From positions 186,001 through 250,000 of the IMG/VR virus record IMGVR_UViG_3300047994_000374: a DNA stretch of 64,000 bases; one strand, 5' to 3'. Shown piece after piece: positions 28,379 through 38,229 of the stretch. The first letter of the stretch is position 1. Each line of letters starts with the position of its first letter. The translations under genes were made by a program, and so were the position numbers. The notes beneath the pieces are model-generated. The model ran no database searches. It was not told where the DNA came from and saw nothing but the letters and a program-made list of their open reading frames with translations.

Positions 28379-29776
28379 TTAGGATGCAAAAGTAAGCTTA
28401 ATTCTTGCGGTCCAATCAATAATTGCAGTGCTTGCAGCTCCCGTTGTAATAACTAAATTATTACTGCTAACTCCAATAGAACCGACAGTCCATGTAGTTC
28501 CTGACATACTTCTTGGATCAGTTGAAGTTAATGTTCCTACGGCGGAAGGCGCGGAAGAAAATCTTTCATAACCCATCGTTAAGTGGTATTGTGCCGACAA
28601 TCCTCCGGAAGGGGCGGCTCCCGTATTTGCAGATGAATAGTGCCCTACCATTACGACATCAACGTGCGTAGCTGTTAAATCTGGTAAAGCTACTGTAAAG
28701 ATGATTGTTGGAGTTCCTATAGCGCTGGATATTACTGCGCGTGCTTCATAAACTTGACCACCAGATGTAAAAGTAGGCGCTAATGTATTGGTATTTCCCC
28801 AGCTATCTGGATTAGGTGTTGATCCTACAGCGAAATCATTTCCATCTTTTTGTTTAACCCTTAATTTTCCATCGGTTGATGAAGAATATAATATAGTTCC
28901 GCCTGCAGGAACGCCTGTTGTTGGGTTGACTGTGGCGTCACGAATAAAAACGACATCTGATCCGGTTGCTGCTGGCATAAAACCATTTGTTAAATCTTCG
29001 TGCATAGCTAAAGCTGACACCCTTTGTGTGGATGAAGGGTTAGATACTTGAATGCTCGGAGTACCATCAGCTTGAACTAGAGCGGCATTACCAGGTGCAC
29101 CTCCAGTGCCACCCAAACCGGCCATAAGTCTAGCACGTCCGCCACTTAAACCTGTTGCTGTGGTAGATTGTGCCTGTATCCAAATATCATTGCCATAATC
29201 AGTGCTAGTGGGGTACGCTGTAAGCAATAACGGATGCCCAGAATTTGTTACAATGTCCCAGGCTAAAATTCGACAATGAATATTTAAAATTCCTGCATCT
29301 CCAATTGCACTTCCGGTAATTCCAGTAATTGTTTGAGATACATTTGACCCAGCTAAATCCCCATTTGCAGTAAATGAAGTAGTTGGAAGCACTGGTATCC
29401 AAGATGTGCCATTAAAAGTCAAAACATCACCATTAACTGGTAAGGTGGAACTAATTGGAATACCTTGGATATTAACAACTCGTAAAAGATTAGCCGTCCC
29501 CTGAACATCACCAAATGTAGAAAGTTTAACTATACCGGAGACCAGAGACGAAGCTACCGGTATAATTGGATTAGAAATTTGTGCTAAAACATTTACCGCA
29601 TCTTGTACCGTATGAATAGTTGGATAACCGTCAATTGTAATGGTTGGAACTACATCAACAGTAGATGCAGCTTGTCTGAATCCTGATCCTGTTATATGAT
29701 CCTCAAAATCAAATCGATCAGTTACAAGTCTTGCGCCAGTTTGTGGGTTAAAATTAGGCGTTAAAGGATTGGACAT
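28379..29776 (-). CDS. tail fibre/virion appendage protein
   Basis: 465 aa, Thr/Gly-rich. Contains the fibre-type repeat NIQGIPISSTLPVNGDVLTFNGTSWIP. Confidence 0.6.
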   Translation of the reverse strand: MSNPLTPNFNPQTGARLVTDRFDFEDHITGSGFRQAASTVDVVPTITIDGYPTIHTVQDAVNVLAQISNPIIPVASSLVSGIVKLSTFGDVQGTANLLRVVNIQGIPISSTLPVNGDVLTFNGTSWIPVLPTTSFTANGDLAGSNVSQTITGITGSAIGDAGILNIHCRILAWDIVTNSGHPLLLTAYPTSTDYGNDIWIQAQSTTATGLSGGRARLMAGLGGTGGAPGNAALVQADGTPSIQVSNPSSTQRVSALAMHEDLTNGFMPAATGSDVVFIRDATVNPTTGVPAGGTILYSSSTDGKLRVKQKDGNDFAVGSTPNPDSWGNTNTLAPTFTSGGQVYEARAVISSAIGTPTIIFTVALPDLTATHVDVVMVGHYSSANTGAAPSGGLSAQYHLTMGYERFSSAPSAVGTLTSTDPRSMSGTTWTVGSIGVSSNNLVITTGAASTAIIDWTARIKLTFAS

Positions 29777-29798
29777 AAAAAAATACGATATTATTCGG

Positions 29799-30029
29799 TC
29801 ACTTTATAATTACATATTGAACATTAACCAAAGAATGCCCTGATGGAGGCACTGATCCTTTCGTATTATAAGTGATCCAATATTCATAAACTGAGCCTGT
29901 AACATAATATCCGGAATTCAAATATTTTGTAACACTTAGGTTTAATTGCTGAAAAGCAAAAGAATCACTGGCGTCTGTGGTTTCTTGTGAGGTTGGTATT
30001 GTGTATACTACTCCTGTAAAATTTGCCAT
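29799..30029 (-). CDS. small hypothetical virion protein
   Basis: 76 aa with AAGGA SD, co-oriented in the structural operon. Confidence 0.55.
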   Translation of the reverse strand: MANFTGVVYTIPTSQETTDASDSFAFQQLNLSVTKYLNSGYYVTGSVYEYWITYNTKGSVPPSGHSLVNVQYVIIK

Positions 30030-30039
30030 AAATATCCTT

Positions 30040-30999
30040 TTACTGTACTATTTGATTTCCATTCCACGGAAAAGAAAAGTATCCCAAAATAATTCTATCT
30101 CTTTTTGTATTAACCGTTTGATAACTAAAAGATGTATGAATAACTGAAGATCCTAACATAAAAGAACTAACTCCTTTGACTCCAAAGGGCGGAGTTTGAA
30201 AGGGGTCTCTTATCCAAACAATAGGAAATAATTCATCTTTTGTATTAAAAGGATTTTGAACAGATTTATTTCCAACAGAAGCCGGAAAAATATAAGTTGA
30301 ATTTGAATAAAGCGCCGCAGCAGCATGGCCTACGTATGAAACATTTAATAGTCCTTTTGCAGTAGCCGCGCCGGTTAAACTTGTACCAAGTGAGCTAGTT
30401 GATTGAGAAGTATAAATGATACATGGATCTGTATCTAAACTATTATATGAGCCTATTTGTAAAACATCAAAAATAAAACATGCATTTAAAGCGTTCGCAG
30501 GTTGCGCACCACCAGTATTTGCAAAAAAATAAAAACTATATCCAATACTTGAATCGCCGGCCATCATATGAAAGTGATAAGTTGCATCTGTGCTAAACTG
30601 CGATGAAAAAGTAGGAGCAGCGTCCGTTCCGGCGCCAAGAATAATTACTTCATCCGTTGCACTGGGCGTTTGAATGGCACCTGGAGAGCCACCAATAAAT
30701 CCTGCGGATGCACTATATTTAATTCTAAAACTCGCGTTTGTAGAACTAGAAGTTTGGAAAATTAATTCTCTTGTTTGCGAATTAAATAATGGGGCTTGAA
30801 TTCGAAACCAAGCTTTTGAATTAGCTAGCCCGCCGGCCCCTGAGTTACCGCTTGTAATTTGATTACCAGTAGAATTATAAGTCGTTCCATCAGAAGAAGA
30901 CTTTACTGTCCAGCCTGCAGATACTAGTAAAGTCATTGCAATATACATCGCAATGTTGCCTGTAGCCGGAGAATTATTTACTGAGTATTGATAGGTCAT
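30040..30999 (-). CDS. tandem paralogue 3 of a ~320-aa virion protein family
   Basis: Shares the N-terminus LVxAGWTVKSSxDGTTY...NxxAWFRIQAP and the motifs DxDPCxI and NPF..D.L.P..W with its two neighbours. Confidence 0.75.
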   Translation of the reverse strand: MTYQYSVNNSPATGNIAMYIAMTLLVSAGWTVKSSSDGTTYNSTGNQITSGNSGAGGLANSKAWFRIQAPLFNSQTRELIFQTSSSTNASFRIKYSASAGFIGGSPGAIQTPSATDEVIILGAGTDAAPTFSSQFSTDATYHFHMMAGDSSIGYSFYFFANTGGAQPANALNACFIFDVLQIGSYNSLDTDPCIIYTSQSTSSLGTSLTGAATAKGLLNVSYVGHAAAALYSNSTYIFPASVGNKSVQNPFNTKDELFPIVWIRDPFQTPPFGVKGVSSFMLGSSVIHTSFSYQTVNTKRDRIILGYFSFPWNGNQIVQ

Positions 31000-31011
31000 T
31001 TATTTCCATAA

Positions 31012-31995
31012 TTAAGTTAGTGGCGTGGAACCATCCCAGGGCAAAACATAATGTCCAAACAATATATGATCTTTTGCTGTTGATACGGTAAATGTATCCA
31101 AGCTACTTCTTCTAGTTGTTGGAGATAATAGCATTGAGCTTGTTCCCTTATATCCTTGAGATGTTGATGATGAAACAAATCTTCCCCAAAAAGTAGGCAA
31201 CAAATCATCATTACCTGTAAAAGGATTAGGTAAAGCATTTGTTCCAGCCAAAGCAGGTGCCAAAAAATATAATACGCCAGTATATGCATTAGAAGATAAT
31301 CCAATAATTGATGTAGAAATGCCTAAATATGTTGTTCCAAGTAGCCCAAAAGTATTTGTATATCCTCCGATCCCTGGAGATGAAGATATTGCTGTAAATA
31401 CTCCGGTGCCATATCCATCATAAATAACGCATGGATCTGTATCTCCTGAAGAATAAGATCCTATAGTCATAACGTCCATTAAAAACCCAGTTGTAACTGT
31501 TGTGGTAGTTGAATTGCTGCCTGCCCAATAAAATGAATAACCTACAGTTGAATCGCCTGCGACAACTGAAAAACGATATTGACCATCTGTTCCAAATTGA
31601 GTGGCGCCAGTTGGAGATGCATTTGTTCCCGATCCAAAAATAACGACTTCATCAGTGGCAGATGGAACAATAGTGGCGCTTGGCGATCCACCTGTAAAAT
31701 TTGCAGATGCGCTATATTTTACTCTCCATAATAAATTGGTCGTTGTTCTTTGAAAACATAATTCTCTTTTTTGTGATCCAACTACGGGGGCTTGAATTCG
31801 AAACCAAGCATTATTGTTTCCTAATCCTCCTGCACCCGTGCCGCCGCCCGTAATCCCGTTTCCTGAAGAAGTGTAGGTTGTACCGTCGCCTGTAGATTTT
31901 ACTGTCCACCCTGCCGCCACAAGCGTGGTCATAACACTATAAATGGCAACCGATCCTGCAGAAGGTAATGTATTTGTAGAGTAATGATAAGTCAT
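31012..31995 (-). CDS. tandem paralogue 2 of a ~320-aa virion protein family
   Basis: True start is probably MTYHYSTN at 31995, giving an ATGA overlap with the upstream gene and matching the paralogue N-termini. The track starts at 32019. Confidence 0.75.
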   Translation of the reverse strand: MTYHYSTNTLPSAGSVAIYSVMTTLVAAGWTVKSTGDGTTYTSSGNGITGGGTGAGGLGNNNAWFRIQAPVVGSQKRELCFQRTTTNLLWRVKYSASANFTGGSPSATIVPSATDEVVIFGSGTNASPTGATQFGTDGQYRFSVVAGDSTVGYSFYWAGSNSTTTTVTTGFLMDVMTIGSYSSGDTDPCVIYDGYGTGVFTAISSSPGIGGYTNTFGLLGTTYLGISTSIIGLSSNAYTGVLYFLAPALAGTNALPNPFTGNDDLLPTFWGRFVSSSTSQGYKGTSSMLLSPTTRRSSLDTFTVSTAKDHILFGHYVLPWDGSTPLT

Positions 31996-32957
31996 AATAC
32001 TGGCACTGCTCCTGTCCAAAGAAAAACTATATTTCCTAAAAAAATATGATCGCTTGTTGTAGTTGTAGTTAAGGTATCTAAAGTTGCCCTTAAAGTTGAA
32101 GGTAATGTAATTAAAGAACTAATACCTTTATATCCAAATGGGGATGTTTGATCTGAACTTCTGCCCCATATAGCTGGCAATAAATTATCACCATATGTGA
32201 ATGGATTTGTAACGCTATATGTAGTTGCTAATCCAGGCGGGAATGCCAAATCATTTGAATTAGGCACAGAATTAAATAATACTACATTTAAAACTACCGC
32301 AACATAAGTTGTATTTAATAGGGCTTTTGAATTTCCATAAAGGAAAGGGGCGGTCGTGATCGAGTTGCTTCCTTGCGCGGCAAATACAACGCATGGATCC
32401 GTATCAGAGATAGAATATGATCCTGATTTCAATACGTCCATTAAAAATGCGGATGTAATAGATTGTGTTCCATATGAGTTCGCAAACCAATAAAAACTAT
32501 AACTTAATGAAGAGTCACAAGCGACGATAGAAAAACGATAAGAAGCATCGGTATTAAACATGGTGGCGCCAGTTGGAGCTGCATCGGTTCCACTTCCTAA
32601 AATAATTGTTTCATCTGTAGCGGTGGGGGTTTGAGTAGCTCCTGGCGATCCTCCTATAAAACCAGCCGATGCGCTATATTTAATTCGCCATACAGGATTT
32701 GATGTTGTTCTTTGAAATGTAAACTCTCTCTTTTGTGTTCCAACGATAGGAGCTTGAATGCGAAACCAGGCATTCGTATTTCCCAATCCAGCTGCCCCTG
32801 AATTTCCACTTGTAATTTGGTTACCTGTAGAGTTATAAGTAGTTCCGTCAGATGATGATTTTACTGTCCAGCCCGCAGCCACTAGTGTAGCCATAACCGT
32901 ATACATGGCTACGGTGCCGGTTGCTGGAAAATTATTTATACTAGAAGTAAAAGCCAT
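31992..32957 (-). CDS. tandem paralogue 1 of a ~320-aa virion protein family
   Basis: Same conserved blocks as the two downstream genes. Confidence 0.75.
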   Translation of the reverse strand: MAFTSSINNFPATGTVAMYTVMATLVAAGWTVKSSSDGTTYNSTGNQITSGNSGAAGLGNTNAWFRIQAPIVGTQKREFTFQRTTSNPVWRIKYSASAGFIGGSPGATQTPTATDETIILGSGTDAAPTGATMFNTDASYRFSIVACDSSLSYSFYWFANSYGTQSITSAFLMDVLKSGSYSISDTDPCVVFAAQGSNSITTAPFLYGNSKALLNTTYVAVVLNVVLFNSVPNSNDLAFPPGLATTYSVTNPFTYGDNLLPAIWGRSSDQTSPFGYKGISSLITLPSTLRATLDTLTTTTTSDHIFLGNIVFLWTGAVPVL

Positions 32958-32970
32958 TTGATATTTCTCT

Positions 32971-34560
32971 TTATACGATAATTTTATGCGTGTGATTTAC
33001 TGCATCCATTACTACCAACTGTCCTAAATTTGCATCCCAATAAACAGGGTGTGTATGACCTTGCGAGATTTGTGTTGTTTGTCCCCACTGAGAAGGATCG
33101 CTCTCGTTGCGCTGTATGGAATGTGTATGTGGAGGTATTAATCCCGGAACACTTGAAAGCGTTGTCTGAATAGTTTGTGGAAAATTAGCTGTATCTCTAA
33201 ATACTTTAATTTGATAAGCTGGATCAAATTTACGAACACGTGCAACTCTCATTTTTTGAGCGCCAACATTTGTTAATACAGTATCATTTCGGGTAACTTG
33301 TTGAACTTCATATCGAAAACTTTCATTGTCATTTTGATCGAACAGCACTAATATGTCACGTGTTTTAATAGTTGGAACAGTGAGCGTCCACATATCAATT
33401 GGAAATTCTGATTCTAAGCCTGCTTCATACATTTTTAAATTTTCATCAGTGGGTCCAAGACGAACTAAAATTCTTCCATCTGCTCTTCTTGGATTAAAAA
33501 ATTGCTGATACCCGAAGACAAACTTAGTCCCATTACAGAAAACACATCTGTCATCTTGATATTCACTTGATGATAAATAACAGCTACATATAATCCCTGT
33601 TTGTTGGCGCCGAATCAAACATGCTGGCACTCCCGTAACAGAAAGTAATACATCTTGGCGTTGTGTATTGGCATCTTGTAAATTAAAACCGCGATATCGA
33701 TTATAATTTCCATAACCATCAATACATCCTTGTTCGCCGCCAATATAACTTCCAACACAAGTTCCATTTAAAAGTAAAACAGGATCCGTTCTATGATAGC
33801 CTGAATAATCATAAGTTGGAAAATCTTCATTAATAGCATCGGAGGCGCTCATGTCCATGCTCAACAAATCTACGGTAGTTTGTCGATATCCATCTTGTAC
33901 AGTTGCGGCAAAATTAGGATATTCGAAACGAGATTGACAGCTATAAATGCGATCCCATCTTCGATCTTCACCTAATGTAAAAATAACAACTTCTGGGTTC
34001 CAAGTATAATATCCATCATAACCAGAAGTTGTATGAAGCGTGTCTGGCGTTAAATTATATCCTCTTTGAGAGATATTTGTGAGAACTAAATTTTGATTGG
34101 TATTATCAACGGCTAAATATTGAATTAACTCGGCGCCAATTTTAATAATGCCAGTTGAAGGAAAATCAGATGTATCAAGTAATGGAATTAGTAGATCTGT
34201 TGCTGAAATATCTTCTCTCAAAATGCTGGTTGGATAAATTTTGAGCCCATCGTTAGCAGTAGGCAATGCAGTTAAATTATAAACGGCAGGATTATATTCA
34301 ACGGGGCGGACTGAAAAGAAATAATCTTGTCCAGGTATTAAATTAATAATATTTGCTTCTAAACTTCCATCAATTGAAATATATTTAACGCCATCTGAAA
34401 AAATTGTTTCTCGGGAAGTAGAATAATATATGTGATAAGCGATGGAATTTGTATAACCATCGGGATAAGCTTGCCACCATGAAATATTAATGCTTGACCC
34501 ATCACCAAGGGAAGCAACTTTATTTAAGCTGACATTTATAGGAGAAGCGTATTGAACCAT
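32971..34560 (-). CDS. head-closure/neck-like protein with N-terminal FN3-like domain
   Basis: 529 aa. N-terminal INISW..YHIYYST..LIPGQDYFFSVRPV; CSC..CVFC cluster; TVPTIKTRDILV..FRYEV; three C-terminal HTH tripeptides. Confidence 0.5.
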   Translation of the reverse strand: MVQYASPINVSLNKVASLGDGSSINISWWQAYPDGYTNSIAYHIYYSTSRETIFSDGVKYISIDGSLEANIINLIPGQDYFFSVRPVEYNPAVYNLTALPTANDGLKIYPTSILREDISATDLLIPLLDTSDFPSTGIIKIGAELIQYLAVDNTNQNLVLTNISQRGYNLTPDTLHTTSGYDGYYTWNPEVVIFTLGEDRRWDRIYSCQSRFEYPNFAATVQDGYRQTTVDLLSMDMSASDAINEDFPTYDYSGYHRTDPVLLLNGTCVGSYIGGEQGCIDGYGNYNRYRGFNLQDANTQRQDVLLSVTGVPACLIRRQQTGIICSCYLSSSEYQDDRCVFCNGTKFVFGYQQFFNPRRADGRILVRLGPTDENLKMYEAGLESEFPIDMWTLTVPTIKTRDILVLFDQNDNESFRYEVQQVTRNDTVLTNVGAQKMRVARVRKFDPAYQIKVFRDTANFPQTIQTTLSSVPGLIPPHTHSIQRNESDPSQWGQTTQISQGHTHPVYWDANLGQLVVMDAVNHTHKIIV

Positions 34561-34590
34561 CTCTATAATACAAGCTTATTATCAGTGGGT

Positions 34591-35682
34591 TTACATTAAA
34601 AATTCCAGTAGTTTGTAGCAAAAATCAAACTCTATTCTTTTTCTATCATTGTCTCTAAAATTCGTCATAAATAACGAACAGTAATTATTTCTTAATTTCG
34701 ATAAATAATCATTGAATTTAAGGATAAGTTTTTCCTGATCTTTTATAGATATCTCGTCCATTATAATATGAGCAATATTTCTTGATGTATTTTTACCGAT
34801 TAGACATTTTTTATCCAGCTCCCTAATATCTTGGGCGCGGATTTTATCAACCTTACCATCAATGCAATGAATTAAAATAATATTATTATCTATTATAGAT
34901 TTCATTTCACTATTAACAAATGCATTTTTTATTGTTTTTGTGTCATTAATAAAGCAAGATATAAAATTGTCGCCTGATTTTAACTGAATTTCTTTTTCAG
35001 TTAAACGATGTATTTTAGTGGTTCGAGATTTTATTTCGTGTATTTCTTTACCAGCGATTGAATAATTATATTTTCTTTCAACTATAACTTCTTTTACAAA
35101 GTTATCTGGATAAATATGAATAAATAATTTCTCTATTTCATTTGGTTTGCATTTTCGTTCGGCATATATTGCACAAACATTATATGTAGTGTCTGCGAAC
35201 ACTCTCTCTTTAAAATAATTAAAAGCTACAATATTATAATTATCAATAAACGACTTTCTTATTTTTGCTGAAACCGTGGACGATAAAAAATTAATAGGAA
35301 CAATAATAATTACTTTATTTGTTCCACTTTTTATAATTCGATCTATCGCAACTAAATATAAATCTTCCTGTTCTTTTAGATATTTTAAACGAGTCGCGGG
35401 GTCGGCTTTGTTTTTTGCGAGATACGGTGGATTTGTTAAAATAAAGTCAGATTTTTCAATATTCAATAAACTATCATTATAAGATATATTATTTTTAATA
35501 AGGGATGCGTCTATGTCAAACCCTCTAATATTTTTAGCAGACGAGCCCAATGCCCATCGTAACAAATCTTCATTGCCAGCGAATGGATCAATAATAGAAC
35601 AATTTTTTACATAACCATCAAAATTAGATAGTATATAGTCTGCATTTGTTGTAAAAAATTGCCCTAATTCTTTTTTATCCAT
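34591..35682 (-). CDS. N6-adenine DNA methyltransferase (gamma-type motif order)
   Basis: LGQFFT, motif I IIDPFAGNEDLL, then motif IV ILTNPPY. Confidence 0.85.
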   Translation of the reverse strand: MDKKELGQFFTTNADYILSNFDGYVKNCSIIDPFAGNEDLLRWALGSSAKNIRGFDIDASLIKNNISYNDSLLNIEKSDFILTNPPYLAKNKADPATRLKYLKEQEDLYLVAIDRIIKSGTNKVIIIVPINFLSSTVSAKIRKSFIDNYNIVAFNYFKERVFADTTYNVCAIYAERKCKPNEIEKLFIHIYPDNFVKEVIVERKYNYSIAGKEIHEIKSRTTKIHRLTEKEIQLKSGDNFISCFINDTKTIKNAFVNSEMKSIIDNNIILIHCIDGKVDKIRAQDIRELDKKCLIGKNTSRNIAHIIMDEISIKDQEKLILKFNDYLSKLRNNYCSLFMTNFRDNDRKRIEFDFCYKLLEFLM

Positions 35683-36244
35683 TTATTATATATTTTTCGT
35701 AGAAAGAACATTTGCGATTTTTCCACTTTAAATCGTCGTCACCCAAAATAATAACAGCTTTCTTTAGTCTTTTGGCGTAATTTTTAAAATAATCGATAAA
35801 GCTCACCGGCGTATCAGGTATAACACCCATCATTTTGGTATGAATTTGTGTGTAAAAAGTTCCTGACAAATAAATTAATAAATAGGTATCCGTATCGCCA
35901 TCTAATGTCGGAGCATGATCAATATAAGCTTCGATTTCTCTGGCGTTCAAATTTTGCGCACCGCCTAAACCACATTGATCTTTTAAAATTATTCCAATGA
36001 GTTTTCCAGAGTTTTCTGAAGTCATCATTGCATCAAGATCGTGAGCAAAATGTGTAAATTCATAATCATTACCGTTTGTATTGATAAATTTATTTCTGCG
36101 ATTATAATCTTTAAAAATTAAATTGCCATTTTCAATGAATTGAGAATGTGGGGCGGCTTTTGTAGTTTTTTCACAAAAATTTCTATTTAAAATTTGAAGT
36201 TGACGTTTTTCACCCTCTTGTAATCTTCTATTTCCTGAAGCCAT
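35675..36244 (-). CDS. putative PD-(D/E)xK restriction-endonuclease-like protein
   Basis: 189 aa overlapping the MTase start by 8 nt. Pattern DLD...ILKDQCGLGGAQN..E. Confidence 0.45.
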   Translation of the reverse strand: MASGNRRLQEGEKRQLQILNRNFCEKTTKAAPHSQFIENGNLIFKDYNRRNKFINTNGNDYEFTHFAHDLDAMMTSENSGKLIGIILKDQCGLGGAQNLNAREIEAYIDHAPTLDGDTDTYLLIYLSGTFYTQIHTKMMGVIPDTPVSFIDYFKNYAKRLKKAVIILGDDDLKWKNRKCSFYEKYIING

Positions 36245-36316
36245 GGTCTCAAAATTCTTTCTTGGTAAAACTGTTAGAATTTTAATTTAATTCGTATAAA
36301 ATATAAGTCAATGGTT

Positions 36317-36850
36317 TTAGATTTTTTTGAGCAGCACTTCTTCTAATTCGTTTCGATCTTTTTTCTTTTCAATTTCATGATGATCTAATAAATTATCCAC
36401 ATAGTCTTCTGCATGCTCTTTGCCAAATTGATCGTCTATGTATTCAACTTGGACCTGAAATGCTTTTTGTTCAAAAGTATTTTTCAAATATTCGCCATCA
36501 TCTGAAGACTTTGTTGCTTTTTTCCCAAAACACTGATCCAATAAGTGCTGATACTCGTGAATAAGATAACTAAAATCCATACGATCGAAATATCCATCTG
36601 CTAACAATTTGTAATTTAATGTAACAATGCCTTTGGTTGTTGTAGCACTTACATCAATATCACCAAAAGTAGTTGGAAATAAATCAATTATATCAACATC
36701 TTGCCCATACTCTTTGCAAATGTTAATCATAACTTCATTGGTTTTTAAAAACTTCTTTGCTTTATTTAACATTCGCAATAAAGAGTGAGGCGGAAGTTTT
36801 TTAAGCTCTTTGATGGATAACTCTTTTTTCGGCATATATACATACGACAA
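36317..36850 (-). CDS. HExxH (zincin-like) protein
   Basis: YLIHEYQHLLDQ followed by a downstream E (EQKAF). Start may be MPKK at 36835. Confidence 0.55.
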   Translation of the reverse strand: MSYVYMPKKELSIKELKKLPPHSLLRMLNKAKKFLKTNEVMINICKEYGQDVDIIDLFPTTFGDIDVSATTTKGIVTLNYKLLADGYFDRMDFSYLIHEYQHLLDQCFGKKATKSSDDGEYLKNTFEQKAFQVQVEYIDDQFGKEHAEDYVDNLLDHHEIEKKKDRNELEEVLLKKI

Positions 36851-36860
36851 TAGAGGTAAG

Positions 36861-37424
36861 ATGGCATTCGCAGGAGTTAAGGTACCAGAAGATTTGGGCA
36901 GATTGATAGCAGGCTTAGATGTTCCTGGTGAAAAAGAAACTCCATCAGAATATCACATTACGCTCTGTTGCTTTGGAGATGATTGGCCCATTAAAAAAGC
37001 GTCCAAAGCCATGGAAATTATATTAGATGTTGTAAAAGATATCGAACCATTTACTATTAAAGCAGATAAAATTTCTCATTTCGAGCCAAGAGAAGGAAAG
37101 CCCACCCCAATTATCATTCTCGTTAAATCGCTTGAACTTGAAAAATTGCATAAAAAAATAACAAAAGCTTTCGATAAATACAATGTTAAATACAATAAAA
37201 CATTTAAAGATTTCAAACCACATATTACATTAGCTTATTCAGAAGGTGGGCATGATGATTGTAGGATGGATGAAATTCAATTTACGGTCAATTCTATGGT
37301 TCTTTGGTGTGGCGATTCGGGAGATGAAAGATTATTTATTACATTTCCATTTAAAGCGCCTGAAAAACACGCAATACTTTTAAATAAAATTGATATGTTC
37401 GAAAAGTTTGCTTTAAAATTATAA
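36861..37424 (+). CDS. 2H phosphoesterase (Acb1/gp57B- or LigT-like)
   Basis: Two HxT motifs (EYHITL, KPHITLAY). Likely start is ATG 36861 after GAGGT; the track start at 36810 overlaps the divergent gene. Confidence 0.8.
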   Translation: MAFAGVKVPEDLGRLIAGLDVPGEKETPSEYHITLCCFGDDWPIKKASKAMEIILDVVKDIEPFTIKADKISHFEPREGKPTPIIILVKSLELEKLHKKITKAFDKYNVKYNKTFKDFKPHITLAYSEGGHDDCRMDEIQFTVNSMVLWCGDSGDERLFITFPFKAPEKHAILLNKIDMFEKFALKL

Positions 37425-37658
37425 GTTAAGTTTCTCTTCTCTTGACATTTGTTTAATTTTATATTCCATTTTCAACGCAGAAGACTTGTCAGGCACTTCA
37501 AATGATTTTAAAAGTTTTACTGGCGTTCTTCCTCGACAAAATTTAGCTCCGCGGTTTGTATTATGTTTGATAATTCGTTTTTCTAAATTATTAGTAATTC
37601 CAGTATAAAGGGTATCATCAGAGCAGGTTAAAATATACACGACCCATTGTTTATTCAT
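37419..37658 (-). CDS. small GIY-YIG nuclease (UPF0213-like)
   Basis: VYILTCSDDTLYTGITNNLEKRI..HN..GAK..R.P..ALKMEYKIK. Confidence 0.85.
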   Translation of the reverse strand: MNKQWVVYILTCSDDTLYTGITNNLEKRIIKHNTNRGAKFCRGRTPVKLLKSFEVPDKSSALKMEYKIKQMSREEKLNL

Positions 37659-37694
37659 CGCTGTATTCTCGTATAAGGTTGAACGGAGAAAAAT

Positions 37695-37859
37695 ATGGTA
37701 TTTGTAGCCACAATGTTAGTGCCTTTTTTAGTAAGTATGGTTGGATTAATTTTATATTTAGCAACAGAAGGTAAAATTTCAGAAGCTGGTCGGATTTCCT
37801 TTTTCACAGGATTATTTTGGTTGGTCTTCTTATTTGCGAAAAGCGTCGTTACTTTCTAA
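37695..37859 (+). CDS. 54-aa two-TM membrane protein (absent from ORF track)
   Basis: GGAG SD. MVFVATMLVPFLVSMVGLILYLATEGKISEAGRISFFTGLFWLVFLFAKSVVTF. Confidence 0.6.
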   Translation: MVFVATMLVPFLVSMVGLILYLATEGKISEAGRISFFTGLFWLVFLFAKSVVTF

Positions 37860-37922
37860 TCATATCAAATCATAAAAATATAATAACCGAGTTGCCTTTA
37901 ATGTGCTTCTCGGTTATTTTTT

Positions 37923-38213
37923 TTATAAATGTAATTGAGTATCATTCATTCCTATTTCGACGCCGGTCAGATCATATACAAATTCAAGAGCTGACAAGAT
38001 ATCTTCCTTGAATGATCTTAAAAGTTGTACAGTAATATGTTGATGAATAAACCTTGCATTTATTTTATCCATCTGATTTATAAGTGTATCAATGGCTTCT
38101 TTTTCATATGGATATAACTCTCTATCTTGTTGATGAGAAAAATCCATATTGAGAGCTTGTGCTATTGGTGAATAAGATAAATTGAGGGTGATATTTTTTG
38201 ATAGGTGAGGCAT
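37923..38213 (-). CDS. hypothetical protein
   Basis: 96-aa ORF preceded by AATATATAA, a variant of the upstream motif. Confidence 0.5.
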   Translation of the reverse strand: MPHLSKNITLNLSYSPIAQALNMDFSHQQDRELYPYEKEAIDTLINQMDKINARFIHQHITVQLLRSFKEDILSALEFVYDLTGVEIGMNDTQLHL

Positions 38214-38229
38214 TGTATAGTGTTATATA

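Noticed and set aside
30040-32957. Possible diversity-generating retroelement TR/VR pair among the paralogues
   Set aside because: Differences in the segment I compared are mostly synonymous and not adenine-specific, and no reverse transcriptase is in the window.
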